Shown here: piece after piece, positions 51,302-63,610 of the stretch
Position numbering within the stretch: position 1 is the stretch's first letter
How the letters are laid out: each line of letters starts with the position of its first letter
NCBI GenBank assembly: GCA_965153455.1
Contig: OZ234493.1
Coordinates: forward strand, 22,124,213 to 22,188,212
DNA from: Sphagnum compactum
Taxonomy: Eukaryota
Length of the DNA stretch: 64,000 bases
Reading direction: 5' to 3'
Program-made: the position numbers and the translations under genes
Notes under the pieces: model-generated
Told to the model about the DNA's origin: nothing
The model's database searches: none
Seen by the model: the letters and a program-made list of their open reading frames with translations, nothing else

Positions 51302-52154
51302 ATGATTCTCAAGGTTTATGGTATGGTGACTGCCAACTGCTAGCAGGCTGTGCTTGCCCTCCATGAAGAGGAGGTAGTCATTCACACCATCTGAGTCTAC
51401 CTGCTGCAAGAAAGATGAATCCTACATTTTGGGCCATGTAAAAGTGTCTTGAAAGAATCAAATTTTGCTATGGATGAATCTGGGCAGAAAGGTTAGTGAT
51501 TTCTTTACTATCAATCTGAAATTTGAATATGCAAGTAAGCAAATATTCTCTGACTTGGCTGACTCAATCCCTAGCCTCTGAACTCTAACAATTTCAGTCG
51601 TTTGGATCTCATCTAGGGAATTCTTACTTTCAGGCTGAAGATGAAGATGTTGGATGCTTCTCCACATCAATTGCTACTAATGTTGATAAATGTTCATGGC
51701 TTTGTGTAGTTGGAATTCAAGCTGGTGAAAATCGAAATGTGTCTCAGGAGAACAGGTTGCCTGCTTATTTAGCTAAGGTGGTACAACTATTATGCATCCA
51801 TTCTTGAAAGCTGTCACAATTTCTGAGATAGTGGTTGATTTGCAACAAACAAGAGCCGAGGAAGCAACGAATGATTCTATCTTTTTGTTGATCAGAATCT
51901 CCAGAAGGATAATCACAAGCATTGTCCACTTTCCTTCTCAACCCAGATGTATACTAGTCTACAATAGCAAGAGAATTCCATGAATGAGAAAAACCCCATG
52001 TTACATTCTTGTGGGCACAATAACTTTCCCCCTGAAATTGGATGCAAATGCAGCCATTTGGGCAGGTTCCAGGTTTTCATGTTGATGGCTTATTTCTTTT
52101 TGCTGAGCCAGGAAGTCACCATCATGATTCCAATGTCTTGTAAAAGAGTGTGCT

Positions 52155-52198
<44 letters not shown>

Positions 52199-52729
52199 GT
52201 AAGTTTATGAGCATTTCGATCATGTTGATGCCATTTATTTGCTGTGACTTCATTCTTTACAGAGGATTGCATCTGTGTGGGTTTGGGTGCAGAGTCTCAA
52301 GCTATCGGGAGGTATGTAGCTGAGAAATACAATGGTCAAGGGACACCATTGCTGGGCAATACACTGACAGAGAAAGCTATAATCAATAGGTGGGTGGAAG
52401 TGGAGGGTCAGAATTTTTCACCTCCCACTACAGCAATTGTACTAGAGTATGTTAATTCTTCCACTTCCAAATGGCCACTCAATGAAGAGTTGATTGCCAC
52501 CCAGGTTGAAAAAGGTGTTGGATATGTATGATTCACACTTGTCCAAACAGATATCTTGCGCCAGCCATTACAGTCTTGTAGACCTTTTCCACACTGCAGT
52601 TCTCATGCAAATCAAGGGCCTCACAGGGAGCTTATAGAGCCTCACCAACATGTTGCTACCTGGTGTGATAACCTTGCATCATGTACAGCTTTCAAGAAAG
52701 TCCTCGAGTTGACATGGGATACTGAGTAA
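51302..52729 (+). pseudogene. Phi-GST pseudogene, inverted duplicate of the 40845-42257 GST
   Basis: Same four-exon layout and alignable introns. In-frame TAG at 51341-51343 (GAG in the paralog), 1-nt frameshift in exon 2, and several frameshifts after ~52505. Confidence 0.9.
52156..52193. repeat. (CT)n microsatellite in the pseudogene's third intron
   Basis: About 19 CT units. Confidence 0.95.
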
Positions 52730-53760
52730 TGATTTGGAGGAAGAATGGCTGGGAAAGTTTTGATACGTAATACCTGGACATAACTAGCACTTGCTGAGAA
52801 TAAAGAAAGAATATGTTGAACAGAAGAAACAAACCTTGGTTTTCCTCTAACAATCCCAGTTCGGTAGGAATAATCTGACTTGGGACTCCTGATGTAGTTG
52901 TAAATTGACTGTAATTTTCAGACTTTATCATGCCCTTTTAGTCTTTCCAGGTTCATGTCAAAGCTTGAAGCTTTAAGTACTTGCATCTGAAGTTAGCAAG
53001 GTCAACTGTGTAAATCCAGATTGTTGCTAAAGCAAGGTATGACTCTATGGGTGAACAATCAAAACTGAATGACATCCTAAAAAACTTCATGATTGATGAG
53101 CACGAGAGATATTCTGAAGGCTGAGTCACGAGAAAATCTGTCATATAATGCAATGGACAAGATTGGGAAAATGGAACACTAAATTCAAATTGTGACCTCA
53201 CTTGGGTCTCAAGAGTCTTACAAGAATGGGAGCATAAAAATTGCACTTTAAATCTAGGAAGTCTAACACACTCAAAGGGACTGCGTATAGTTGAACAAAT
53301 ATCCCTGTACACTAAGCCTCAGATGCGAAGCCAATGTGCAAAATCTACAAAGAAAAAGGCCACCTTTGTCTGATATTACATTTGACAAACTAGATGACAA
53401 AAATCTGGTCAATGGTTCTGAACCAAATCACAAGTGAAAATTTTCCCATAGAAAACCTTCATTAAGTCTCTTGCTTGTTAACCTCAATTCTTGCTTATGG
53501 TGGGTTAATATGTCCCCAATTGGTGCCATCTTCTATACATCCCTATTCGCCATTGGAAACAAAAGTGAACCTGAGTTTGGGTTGTTAAATGTTGTATTTT
53601 GAGGCTGATATGGAATGTTGAGGGCTCCTTGGCGCTCTCTCTCCTCAACTAATTCCAGGCACATAAGCTGAAGAATTGGACGATTGCCTTTGAGTTGATA
53701 AAGCAAGATCTCAAGTCAAGCAAATAAATAGATTGTCAGAAATAATAAAATTAAGCGCTT

Positions 53761-56700
53761 TCACAATTCCACCTTCATGTGACCTGCCGGTCCAAATTGA
53801 CCTGTTGCAAAAAAAGAACAGTGAATGTCAATGTCTCTCACAATTCCACAATGGCCATGTATTGTAGACATAACCATATAAAACCCATCACAAGCGGCAG
53901 TGGGATCAAGTCTGAATAGACATGAACTTGTGTTGCCTTCCAACTCCTCAGGATAAGAAAGAGTTGTTCAAGAATGAATGGTTGGTAATTAGGCAACTAG
54001 TACAATTGTGATGAGAGAAGCAATCACAAACTGATGTAGAGATGAAACATTGGGACATACAGTTGTTAAAGCCTTCTAGTAATGATGATGATGTTGCTTG
54101 ACCAGTTTGGCCAAATCCCATGTGAAGCATACTCTGCAATTCTCGATCCCATCCTATCGACATCTACAGGCAACATCCACACTGGAAGCAGTCAATTCCT
54201 ACGTAGTTTACATGTCAATATAACAACAGCATATTGCACTTCGAACCACAATTGTCAGTAAGACAGACTTTGTTAGGGAAGTACTTACTACTGTGCTTCT
54301 TCTGCTCATTGCTTGCTTGAATTTGATTATTGAATTTCAATAAGAAGACAGTAGGCCCAAAAACCCAGGAAGAGCTGAAGAAAAGTCCCTTCCCAAGTTA
54401 CATAAAGAACTTCTAAAAATTTAAACCATACAAAATTGGAAGGTTCTTTGAAAATCAAGTTGAAATCTTCTGAGAACAGAAGAAGGTTTGTTTGTGGTTT
54501 CAAGGGAAATTCGATGAGGGGAGGTGACTGAAAATGAATGGAGAAAACTTTTAAACTTCTAAACTTCTTTACTGCAAACAGAAGCCTCGATCATACTAGA
54601 CTTGAAAGAAAAAACAGGAGTCATTTTTTTGTACCTGAGTTGCATCATCATCTCCATAGGCATCCAAATTGGGTACAAAAGGGATACTGGTAGGGGCACT
54701 GATGGTTCTGCATAAGTGACTATCCATTGTTCCAAGCTGGGATTGGAAATCTGGACCAGCAGCTGCTAGGCGTGATGTCAGGGGTGGCTGATGCAGCCCG
54801 AAGGTTGAGGTTAATTCTGAACCCAGTACTGAAGATACTCCAGATTGCAATATCTGTAGATTTGGACAAGTTGGTAAAACTAAGTGAGTAGAGTGTCTTT
54901 TTCTTTTTCTGGGTTGTTCTGTGTTGTTCTGTGTGTGATTTTACAATGTAGTTAACACAATTGCAACACTAGTTTACTTTAGATCGGAATAGTGAAACAC
55001 CTAGTTTCTTTTGTTTTCCTTGAGCTTGCTTTTGATAGACTAACATTTGCACTGAATTTAAAACAGGATAATATTAAATCCAAGAGGTCCAAGAGAACAA
55101 TTTTGCAGTTACTTACAACCACCCTACTTTCCAGCATGTATCTTAAATTGGCTTTTTCAGGATTTGGTACCTACAAGAGAAAAATGGTGTGGAGCTGTGG
55201 TACCTCTTTCTTGAGAATACTATCCAGCTTGAAGTCTAATCGAGGGTTGACAGCAGCAAGCTTCATAGTCAAAAACTGCAAAACAGAAAAGCGAAAAATA
55301 GATTTTGGTTTACTTTGAATCCAATGGGTTTGGATAATCCAATCCCCAAAATTTTCTGAAGACAATAGTGAACCTCTGCAGGATGTAAATGTGCCTAATG
55401 TTACTATAGAAATAGTGGGATCTCATTCTGCCAAAACTGAACAATTTGCAATCAGCAGTTTGTTTGAAGTCCCATCAAGGTTTAAGTTATCACTAGATTT
55501 GGTCTGGCAATGTAGTATGCTTAGATCAAGAGGGATTGAAGAAGTGAAGTGCAATTTCCTACTTCAACTTGTTGCTGAAGTGATTGTACATAATTGATTA
55601 TCTCGTCCAGCATCACAGCTTTGCCTGTCACCTGCATCATTCCACAGACGAAGAAAACACATTTTGTTGAATTCATTCCAAAAAAGCAGTCCTCTCATCT
55701 CAATGATCCTGTAATAGTTTTGCCATCCCTAAATATGGACAGCAAGTTCAAACCAAATAACAAGAGTTAAAATACGAAATGTTCCATGGAGTTCCGGAAA
55801 AATGAACTCACAGAACTTAGTTTCACAGTAACAACAAACACCTTCTAAACATGATCCCTCAAAATGTGAGACCAAATGTAAACTTACGGGAACAGAACCA
55901 ATAAAATAAGGGAGAAAGAAACCACACAAGAAATCTAAAAATCACGAATCATACATTAGAACTTGGATCTTCTCATATATCAATGACAAAATGGATTGCA
56001 GCTTAAAAGACTCATGAGAGGAAGAAGGAAGAAATCTTTCTAGCTAGGACAGCAGTAAGACTTAGTATTTTGTGCCCTGCACCTTACTGCAGCCAGGAAC
56101 AAGCTCTTGCAAATACTTCATTCGCTCACTTATTTTCTCCCTTCGAACCTGCCCCACAACAAACAAACAAACAAACAACATCCATAATCCATAAGATCAG
56201 TTGTTTAACATGGGGAGGACATATTATGATTCGGACATATAAGTGACCCTCATGAGCACTGCCATGAGAAAGCTTATAGGCTTGGACCAGAGAGCCTATA
56301 ATGCTTAGCAGAAAGTCCTTCATGTATCAGTAATGATTTGTCCTGATTTGTGAGCTCTCTGGTGTTTGTTGTGGACTACTGCAGTTGCTCCCCTGGCAGC
56401 AGAGAACGCATGAGGATTGCAGCTCACTTCTTTTCTTGGTAGAGTCCAAGGAGAAAGAAAACTCATGAGTATTTTTTTGAATGTATTGCTCAATATCCCA
56501 GGCAAGAGTTCAATAGAACTCGAAGAAGGAATTGCTAGAAAATCAGTAAATAAGGAAGAACTCTAGAGCATTTCTAACAGCTTTTCTGCACTGAACTCAG
56601 CTCTGAAAACTGGTTAGAAAGTTCTTACCCTTTCAGCAAGGGAATGGCTATCAGTTGCTTGACCTCTTCTCGCGCGGACGTGAACGTAGTCTTGTTTGGA

Positions 56701-58547
56701 TGCGGCGGGTTCAGTACTACCACTCAGGGTTTTCACATTTTCTTTCATTCTCATGTTACCAGCTGCTGCTGCTGCTGCTCCCGCACTTGGGCTGCTGGAG
56801 TCCCCTGAGTTCGACTCGCTCGAGCTTCGCTCCGTCTGCTTGTCCAAAGACTTCATCACTAGTCCGTCTTCTGGCGGAAGACACTCTAATAACCTACCTT
56901 TGCTGTCTGCTGCTGCAGAGCCTGCCTTGTACCTTTTCGCTGCTCGTGGATCCTGATCGCCGCAGCTTTCATGATCCACCTAGATTCTCAAAAGCAAAGA
57001 TAGATAGATAGATAGATATCAGCAAAGACTGAAGCTCCAAACTTGTTTCTTTCGGATTTTTTTCCCTTCTCTGCTAACTAGACTTGCTCGAGAATGCTGA
57101 ACTCTAAGTGCAAGAGCTCCAGGTGCATCATCATGGATACCTTTGTTTCTGTGAAGTATGTTGCGGTGTTGCTTTCCTTGCTTGCATCCGAGTGAATCTC
57201 TTTCCTCTTGTTCCCGGTGTATTCGTCGTTTGATTCTCTGCAAGCAGCTGCCTGGATTACGCCAGAGATATCTGCCGGTGAGATCCCTTCCTCACCTTCT
57301 TTCAAACCCATATTGTCTCTGTCCGTCGCTCCTCCATCAACAGCAACTACTTGCTCTTCGACCACATGACACGCCGCCTCTGGTTCCTGAATCACCAGCT
57401 CTTCATGATCTGCAGCTGCAGTGGCCAGCTCCTTGACTACTGGGGGATCTTGAGCGCCTCGCTGCTGATCTAGTGCAGCTTCCTGCGTGTCTAGGGGGTC
57501 GTTTGCAGTTTCCAGTTTTTTCGACATCGATACGGCGAGGTTGAGCCTGGCTGCACTTGAAGCTGCTGGTGAGCGGGTCGAGGAGGTTGATCTAGACATT
57601 TTGCTCTCAGACTCCGGTTGAGTTCTCAGAGTGCTTCCCGCGACGTGCGCACGAGACTTGCCAGGATCGGACGTCACGAACGGCAAAGGTTGCGAAATCT
57701 GCGAATATTCGCCGCCGTTGCTGAAAGGTGAGTATTTTGCTGCTCGCTCCGCGAAAGCTGGATCCGAGGAAATTTGCTCCAAGCAATGCGAGGTCGGCAG
57801 TCCAGCCCCTTGCAGCGCCAGAGGTCCTGTCGTCGGTTCGAGGGTGCGAAGACCACATGATTCCTGCTCTCGCGAGCTCCACGTCCTAAGAGTGTTCAAG
57901 CTCATGGCCATCGTGTCTAGAGAATGTCCCGCTCCTCTCCAACCGCCCGTCATCAGAGAATTTGCTGCGCCTAGTCCGCTAGCGTGTCCGCTCATATTGG
58001 AGTCCAAAACCAGGCTCGAAGACGCCGACAAGCTGTTCAAGGAGCTTCTGAACGCGTTGTTCGAATCCAGCAGCTGCAACTGCCATGAGTCGCCACTCAT
58101 CATTGTCGAACCTAGCAGCTCGGGGGAGCCGGAGCAAGAACTCCTAGTCGACCCTACAGGAAGCTGCGAACTTGAGCTGGCAGAGCCGTTGTTGTTGACG
58201 CTAATCTCCGACGGCGCCAACACTCGAAGTTCGTTTGCGGAAGTGCCGGCAGAACTCGGAACAGCCACAGCTGGTCCTTTCTGAAACACATTCTCCGCGA
58301 CGTTCAACTGCATTGCTTGCCAACCAGAAGGGTAAAAACTCGAAGGAGAAGCAGCAGCGTTCGTCGTGCAGCAGGCCGCCGCATGCGACCCGGGTGTCAA
58401 CGGATCACTAGAGGCCTGCAGACTCCTCGAATCCACCAGAAACTTGTCCGAGTACGTCGACGCCGGAACCGTGTCTCTAGAGAGACTGCATTGCAGTTGC
58501 CCGCTGAATGACGGCTCGAGTACTGACGCCGTAGCAATGTACGCCAT
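53761..58547 (-). CDS. bHLH transcription factor, subfamily XII (CIB/BPE/BEE-like), ~775 aa; exons 58547-57141, 56979-56629, 56148-56083, 55631-55563, 55275-55204, 54853-54635, 54163-54061, 53801-53761
   Basis: [78 protein letters not shown] with the family's 66/69-nt exons. N-terminal [12 protein letters not shown] motif and C-terminal HMKVEL. Confidence 0.93.
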
Positions 58548-59429
58548 GAATTCCAATGAACAAAAATGCAGCTGCTGCAGCTCAACCCAGACACACACAG
58601 GGCTTGTTGATTCTCTTCAAACTCAACACCCCTAAAATTACATTACAGCTTGATCACTAATACTGCAACCACTTTGAATCCTTAATGCAGAAGATACTTA
58701 TGAAGAAGCTCAACAAATCAACATCAACATAACAATGTCTAGTGATGCAAAAAACACAACACCCGCGACGACAACTTCCTGATCTAACAAGAAAACACGA
58801 GTGAGTAGTCCAGGCTGAATTTCCAGCTCCATGAACACTCCGCCCTTCACTCCAATTTCATAATCAAGCTCAGCTCAAATCATGAAGTCTCCCCAAAACA
58901 ACACAAATACAGTACTGTTTGTTCTCTATATTGTTTCTGCACCTAGTCCATGCCACACATGAACTGATCTGCACACTGTAAATTTGGTCATCACAAAAGA
59001 GCTTCTTGGTACTCTGCATGAATGATTATTCAAGATTATAAAACACCAGCTCCAACCACCAGCTCCCAGCTGCTTGCTTGCAGGCTGGCTACTTCTTCGC
59101 AAATTCAATGGGCATCTAGAAACTGTCAACAGTGTATCAAAGACAGGATCGTCCAAAACACAATGCACCTGAATGCCTGGACAGAGCGAGAGAGAGACAC
59201 AGAGGGTGCAGCCAGCTTCTGCTGGGCTCCTGCTGCTTGTTCCAGGAGATGGACTCTGGAGTCTAGGCTCTGGAGCGAGGGACTAGAGAGGGTTTTCGTA
59301 GATGATATTTCTTCTACAAATTTTGGGGTGGTGCTTTTTTTGGTAAATTTTCGTTTCTTGTCCTGTTGATGTGGGGTGGGGCTTTTTTGGTAAATTTTGG
59401 TTTCTTGTCCTGTTGATGTGGAGTGGGGC

Positions 59430-59583
59430 CACTACTACAAAATGTGGGTGTAGTTCATTAGTCCCTGTTCACTAGACCAGTGAATTCACTGCTTCTTCAC
59501 TGATTCCTGTTCACTAAAACTAGTGAATTCACTCAAAATCCAGCGAAATCACTTTACGAACATAGACGCATTTTGTTGTAGTG
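59430..59583. mobile_element. CACTA-type miniature element (~154 bp)
   Basis: CACTACTACAAAATG...CATTTTGTTGTAGTG TIRs. Flanks GGC/GTC. Repeated GTTCACTA/AGTGAATTCACT subterminal motifs. Inverted homolog of 20264-20416. Confidence 0.72.
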
Positions 59584-59679
59584 GTCTTGTTTTTATTTAC
59601 TGCTGAAATTTCACCAAAAAGCCAAATAAAAAATGAGGGATCAAAGGAAGGCTTTTGTGTTCGGTAAGGTCCGTGGATA

Positions 59680-60141
59680 GGGGGTGTTACCAGAATAAGG
59701 TGTCCACTCGAGGCAGCAGTTGAGTCGAGGGCAGCCTAAAATTCTGGTAACAAGGTGTCCGCCCGAGGTTGCAGTCAAGTCAGGGGCAGTGTCAAATTCT
59801 GGTAACAAGGTGTCCGCCCGAGGCGGCAGTTCAGTCAAGGGCAGCATCAAATTCTGGTATCAAGGTGTCCACCTGAGGGGGCAGTCGAGTCGAGGGCAGT
59901 GTCAAATTCTGGTAACAAGGTGTCCGTCTCAGGGGGCAGTTGAGTCGAGGGCAGCGTCAAATTCTGGTAACAGGTGTCTGCCTCAGGCGGCAGTCGAGTC
60001 ATGGGCAGCGTCAAATTCTCGTAACAAGGTCTCCACCTGAGGTAGCAGTCGAGTCGAGGGCAGCATCAAATTCTGGTAACAAGATGTTGACCCGAGGCGG
60101 CAGTTGAGTCGAGGGCAGTGTCAAATTCTGGTAACATGCCC
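59680..60141. mobile_element. TIR-bounded element made almost entirely of eight 55-bp tandem units
   Basis: Units (AAGGTGTCC...GAGTCGAGGGCAG..TCAAATTCTGGTAAC) start at 59697, 59752, 59807, 59862, 59917, ~59971, 60026 and 60081. Ends GGGGGTGTTACCAGAAT / ATTCTGGTAACATGCCC are 15/17 inverted. Flanks ATA/ATC. Confidence 0.75.
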
Positions 60142-61058
60142 ATCGGAGGGCATTAGTGTGCATAATGACTGCTCGGCGGATATCTGAAGCCCAAAGAAAA
60201 AACAGCTGGCCCTTACAAAAAAATTCAGAGCCTGCCCTGAAGCATAAGATGACCTAATTCTTGTACAGTCTTGCGGGGTGCGGTTTGGTTTTGGTTTGTT
60301 CTCTTGATGGGAAGTGGGTCTTTGTTTTCATGTAGGCCCAATTTCGCCAAAAAGCGAAAAAATGTATTTTTTTAATTTTTTAAAAAATGAAGTAATTTTT
60401 TCAATGCTTTTAATCATCAAAAGTGAGAAAAAAATTAATAAAAAAATCACCAGATTAATTTCTTGATTTTGGCTTACAATGGGTAATCATAATCATAAAT
60501 CTTGTAGAAGGTTGATTAAATATTACTACTGAACATAAATGATTTAGCCAGAATTTGGTTCATAATCTTCCTATTAAGGATGGTTGCCATTTTATTTTTT
60601 TTAAACATCTTCATATATATATATATATATATATGGATCATCATCAATCACCAGTTAGGGTTACATGAATAAAAAAATTGTTGTGGGGGGTTGGGACCAC
60701 CTCACTGAGCTTGCCGTTACACTTCTGCAACAATGCTCTCAATTGCTCGTCCCTTTTTGTAAGTAAAGTACTAAGGTGTTTTTCACCAACCCACTTGATT
60801 GCTTACATTGCTTTGTTAACTTAACCAACACTCTGACCCTTCTATACCCGAAGGTGAGGGGTGAACCAGTACCTACACTCGTAAACTTCACCTCCTCCAC
60901 TTTCAGTGTCCGTATTTTAACCACATTTAACCCCAGGAAATGTTCAATTTGGACTCCAATACACCCCAATTACATCTTCCGTGTATACCATGGTTAAAAG
61001 CAACCTAACAAAATTTCTCGTTGCCACTAGTATAGGTGCTGGTTCACCATAAGGTGTG

Positions 61059-61093
61059 GTTTAGGGTTTAGGGTGCCACCCTAAACCCTAAAC
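61059..61093. repeat. Palindrome of plant telomeric repeats: GTTTAGGGTTTAGGGTG-C-CACCCTAAACCCTAAAC
   Basis: Perfect 17-bp inverted arms with a 1-nt spacer. Confidence 0.9.
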
Positions 61094-63349
61094 TAATGTA
61101 GGTGGTGCCCGTTCACCCTAGGTCTTCTGGAGTACGGCCTATTACCTACACTGGTTTACTTCACCTCCTTGGCTTTAAGAGTCGAAATATTTAACATTTC
61201 ACATGAAGAATTTAAAAATAATTAATTAAATTTGGTGTTGAAACTAACTTCCTTGAGGACCAATTTAGGTCAGAAAACTACTTCAAACCTCGTGTTTTTT
61301 TTTTCCTCCCTTAGTGTGCATTCTTGAAGGGTGGGAATTTTGTTTCTTACAATGGACCCTGCCGAATAGCTGAAGGAAAAATTACACAAGAGCAGGTCTC
61401 TTTAGGTTTGGAAAATGTCAGATCTTTCAAGGCAGATTTAGTGTTTGTTGGCCGAGCCTACCAAGGCAAGAAGGATATTGTGTTTAGATTCATTAGAGAG
61501 TACAGTAGCTTAAGGGATTTTGGCCCCTACTAGATAATAATAATAATAGGTCTATTTTAATATGAGAATTTTTGAAAGATAATATTTTGGCCTTGTATAT
61601 TGAAACTTGAGATTAGTTACAGAGTTATAATATCTTGAACAATTTTGATTTCTTTTAGAGGATTTTTTGAAAATTATATTTTTGACATGGTGAAATTATT
61701 TGAGTTTCCATAATTCCTCTTTTGCCTTAAGCTACTTTTTTTAAGTGAATGGCAAAGGCCACAGTGTGACACACCCCTTGTTTGGGTTTTGAGGAAGGGA
61801 GTCTTTGTGAAACTGAGCACTATGTTGCTTCAGGAAGCACATAATAGTCCATATGGTGAATTTTCTGCCCCAAAAAATAAAATTGGGTAGCAATTAAAAA
61901 CTCCAGCCATTGAATCAAATCTTGTGGAGAAAAGCTTGGAAATATTTATTTATGTGTGTGTAAAATGTGTTGTTTCACCAAAGAAATTGTCATAAAATAT
62001 GTGATAGAAGAAAACACTTGTCTGTCACCTACAAAGAGCAGAAACTGAAAAGTGTGTTCAGTTTATTGTAAATTACTGAGTTCAGGTTCTTGTGACTTCG
62101 ACTCAAGTTATCATTATTTTATTGAAATTGACACAAGAATTATTAGATCATGGAATTAATCTTTTTTTTGTGAGATCCAGAACTGAAATTCTAATCATTA
62201 AAATATATTCATGAAAACAAGGTCATGATCTTTAGATTTTTTTTTTTTTTAAATTTAAAAAGTTAACAACTAAGTTGAACTTTATATTTAAGTTTTAATT
62301 TTATTTAGTTGTTGAACTTCGTATTTACATAGACCCATGTTTTGATTTGTTATAAAATTTTTGTGCTCCTACAATTTTTAGCATTGTGGATTGTGTAGCA
62401 TGTACATGAAATTGAAACTAGTTTCTTAGTCAGGCTCAGAGGTTAATGTGTTAGAACCAGAATTGAAAGGTTTTTAATTTGAAAAATCATGAATAATTAA
62501 ACCCTCGCTTGAAAAAAATTTGAATAAATTTTACAATGTCAAAACTAGGATCGAAGTTTTCTCTTAACCACACAAGACTTGTTAAACCTCTCCTGTGAGT
62601 GACAAATAAGCTTCTTGTAGGTGGGCACAAAAGAGAAGCTGCAACAACTGGACGATTATGCAAACTATATTTCTTGTCATTTTTTAATGAAATTTTTGAA
62701 AGAATGGTCATAATTCTGTTGAAAGTGAGTTGGGATTGATTTTAATGATTAATATGTCTGTTGGGTTTAGGAGATTTTTTCCAACAAGACAATAAAATAA
62801 ATTAAATTACTTGGACATGTTACAACTTTTTTCATGAAGCTTTTGTCTTTGTATATATTGTTGTTTTTCTCTCTTTGGCTCTCATGTGTACGGGTTCCTT
62901 CAAATTTGGTGTGGGAAGTATTTTGTGGTTGTTCCCTCTTGTGTTGTTGATGTTTGGTCAGTTTCCATTGATGACAAAAAGCCTTCCGCCCCCACCCACC
63001 TTCCAAAACCCGCAACCCATTTTAATGGATTCTTCAAAACAGTAAGGACTTTTCTTTCTGTCAAAAGGTCAACCAAATATGATACCATGCAAAATGTAAA
63101 AACGCTTCAGATACACTACGTCAGGAATTCAGACTTTGATACGAGGAATTTAGACTTTTACGGTGGAAGTTGAGAGTTTCACACTCAGGCTTCAAACATT
63201 GGAACTTGAATTTTTGAATATTATTAGAGTTAACCATAAAGTCTCGCAATGAGTGGACAAGAACGGCCAGTTTGGGCACAATAGGGTATCGAGCATGTAA
63301 CAGGGAATGAAAATTTTACAAAGCGAAATAACTGGGACCCAAACTAAAT

Positions 63350-63610
63350 TTTTCACCAATTTTGGTGGTAAACTGAGTTTCATCCTGTCTTTGCTTTCTC
63401 CTTGAGCGATTCCACTGCCGCTACATATATTTTCACTGCTCCGAACTGTCCAATTACAATAATTAGTCTCGAACCTTGCGCATTAAAATGCTTAGTTTCA
63501 GCATTTCATACTGAGATTTAATAAAATTTCCTTACTTTGTGGATACCAATGAAAGATTGGATAGGGAGTGAAAGCAGGCCCAAAGACAGGGTGACTTTGC
63601 GGATAACTCC
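63350..63610. repeat. Dispersed copy of the 44.8-45.6 kb foldback-element arm
   Basis: GGAGTGAAAGCAGGCCCAAAGACAGGGTGACTTTGCGGATAAC matches 44882-44925. The region 63350-63440 is the inverted match of 45515-45600. Confidence 0.7.

Noticed and set aside
57631-58284. 217-aa plus-strand ORF
   Set aside because: Antisense shadow of the GC-rich bHLH exon 1.
59697-60137. CRISPR-like appearance (conserved TCAAATTCTGGTAACAAGGTGTCC alternating with more variable GC-rich segments)
   Set aside because: The variable segments are homologous to each other, so the whole 55-bp unit is a tandem repeat. No cas genes; eukaryotic context.
62487-63173. Short ORFs possibly from a transposase near the right end
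   Set aside because: No convincing catalytic motifs.
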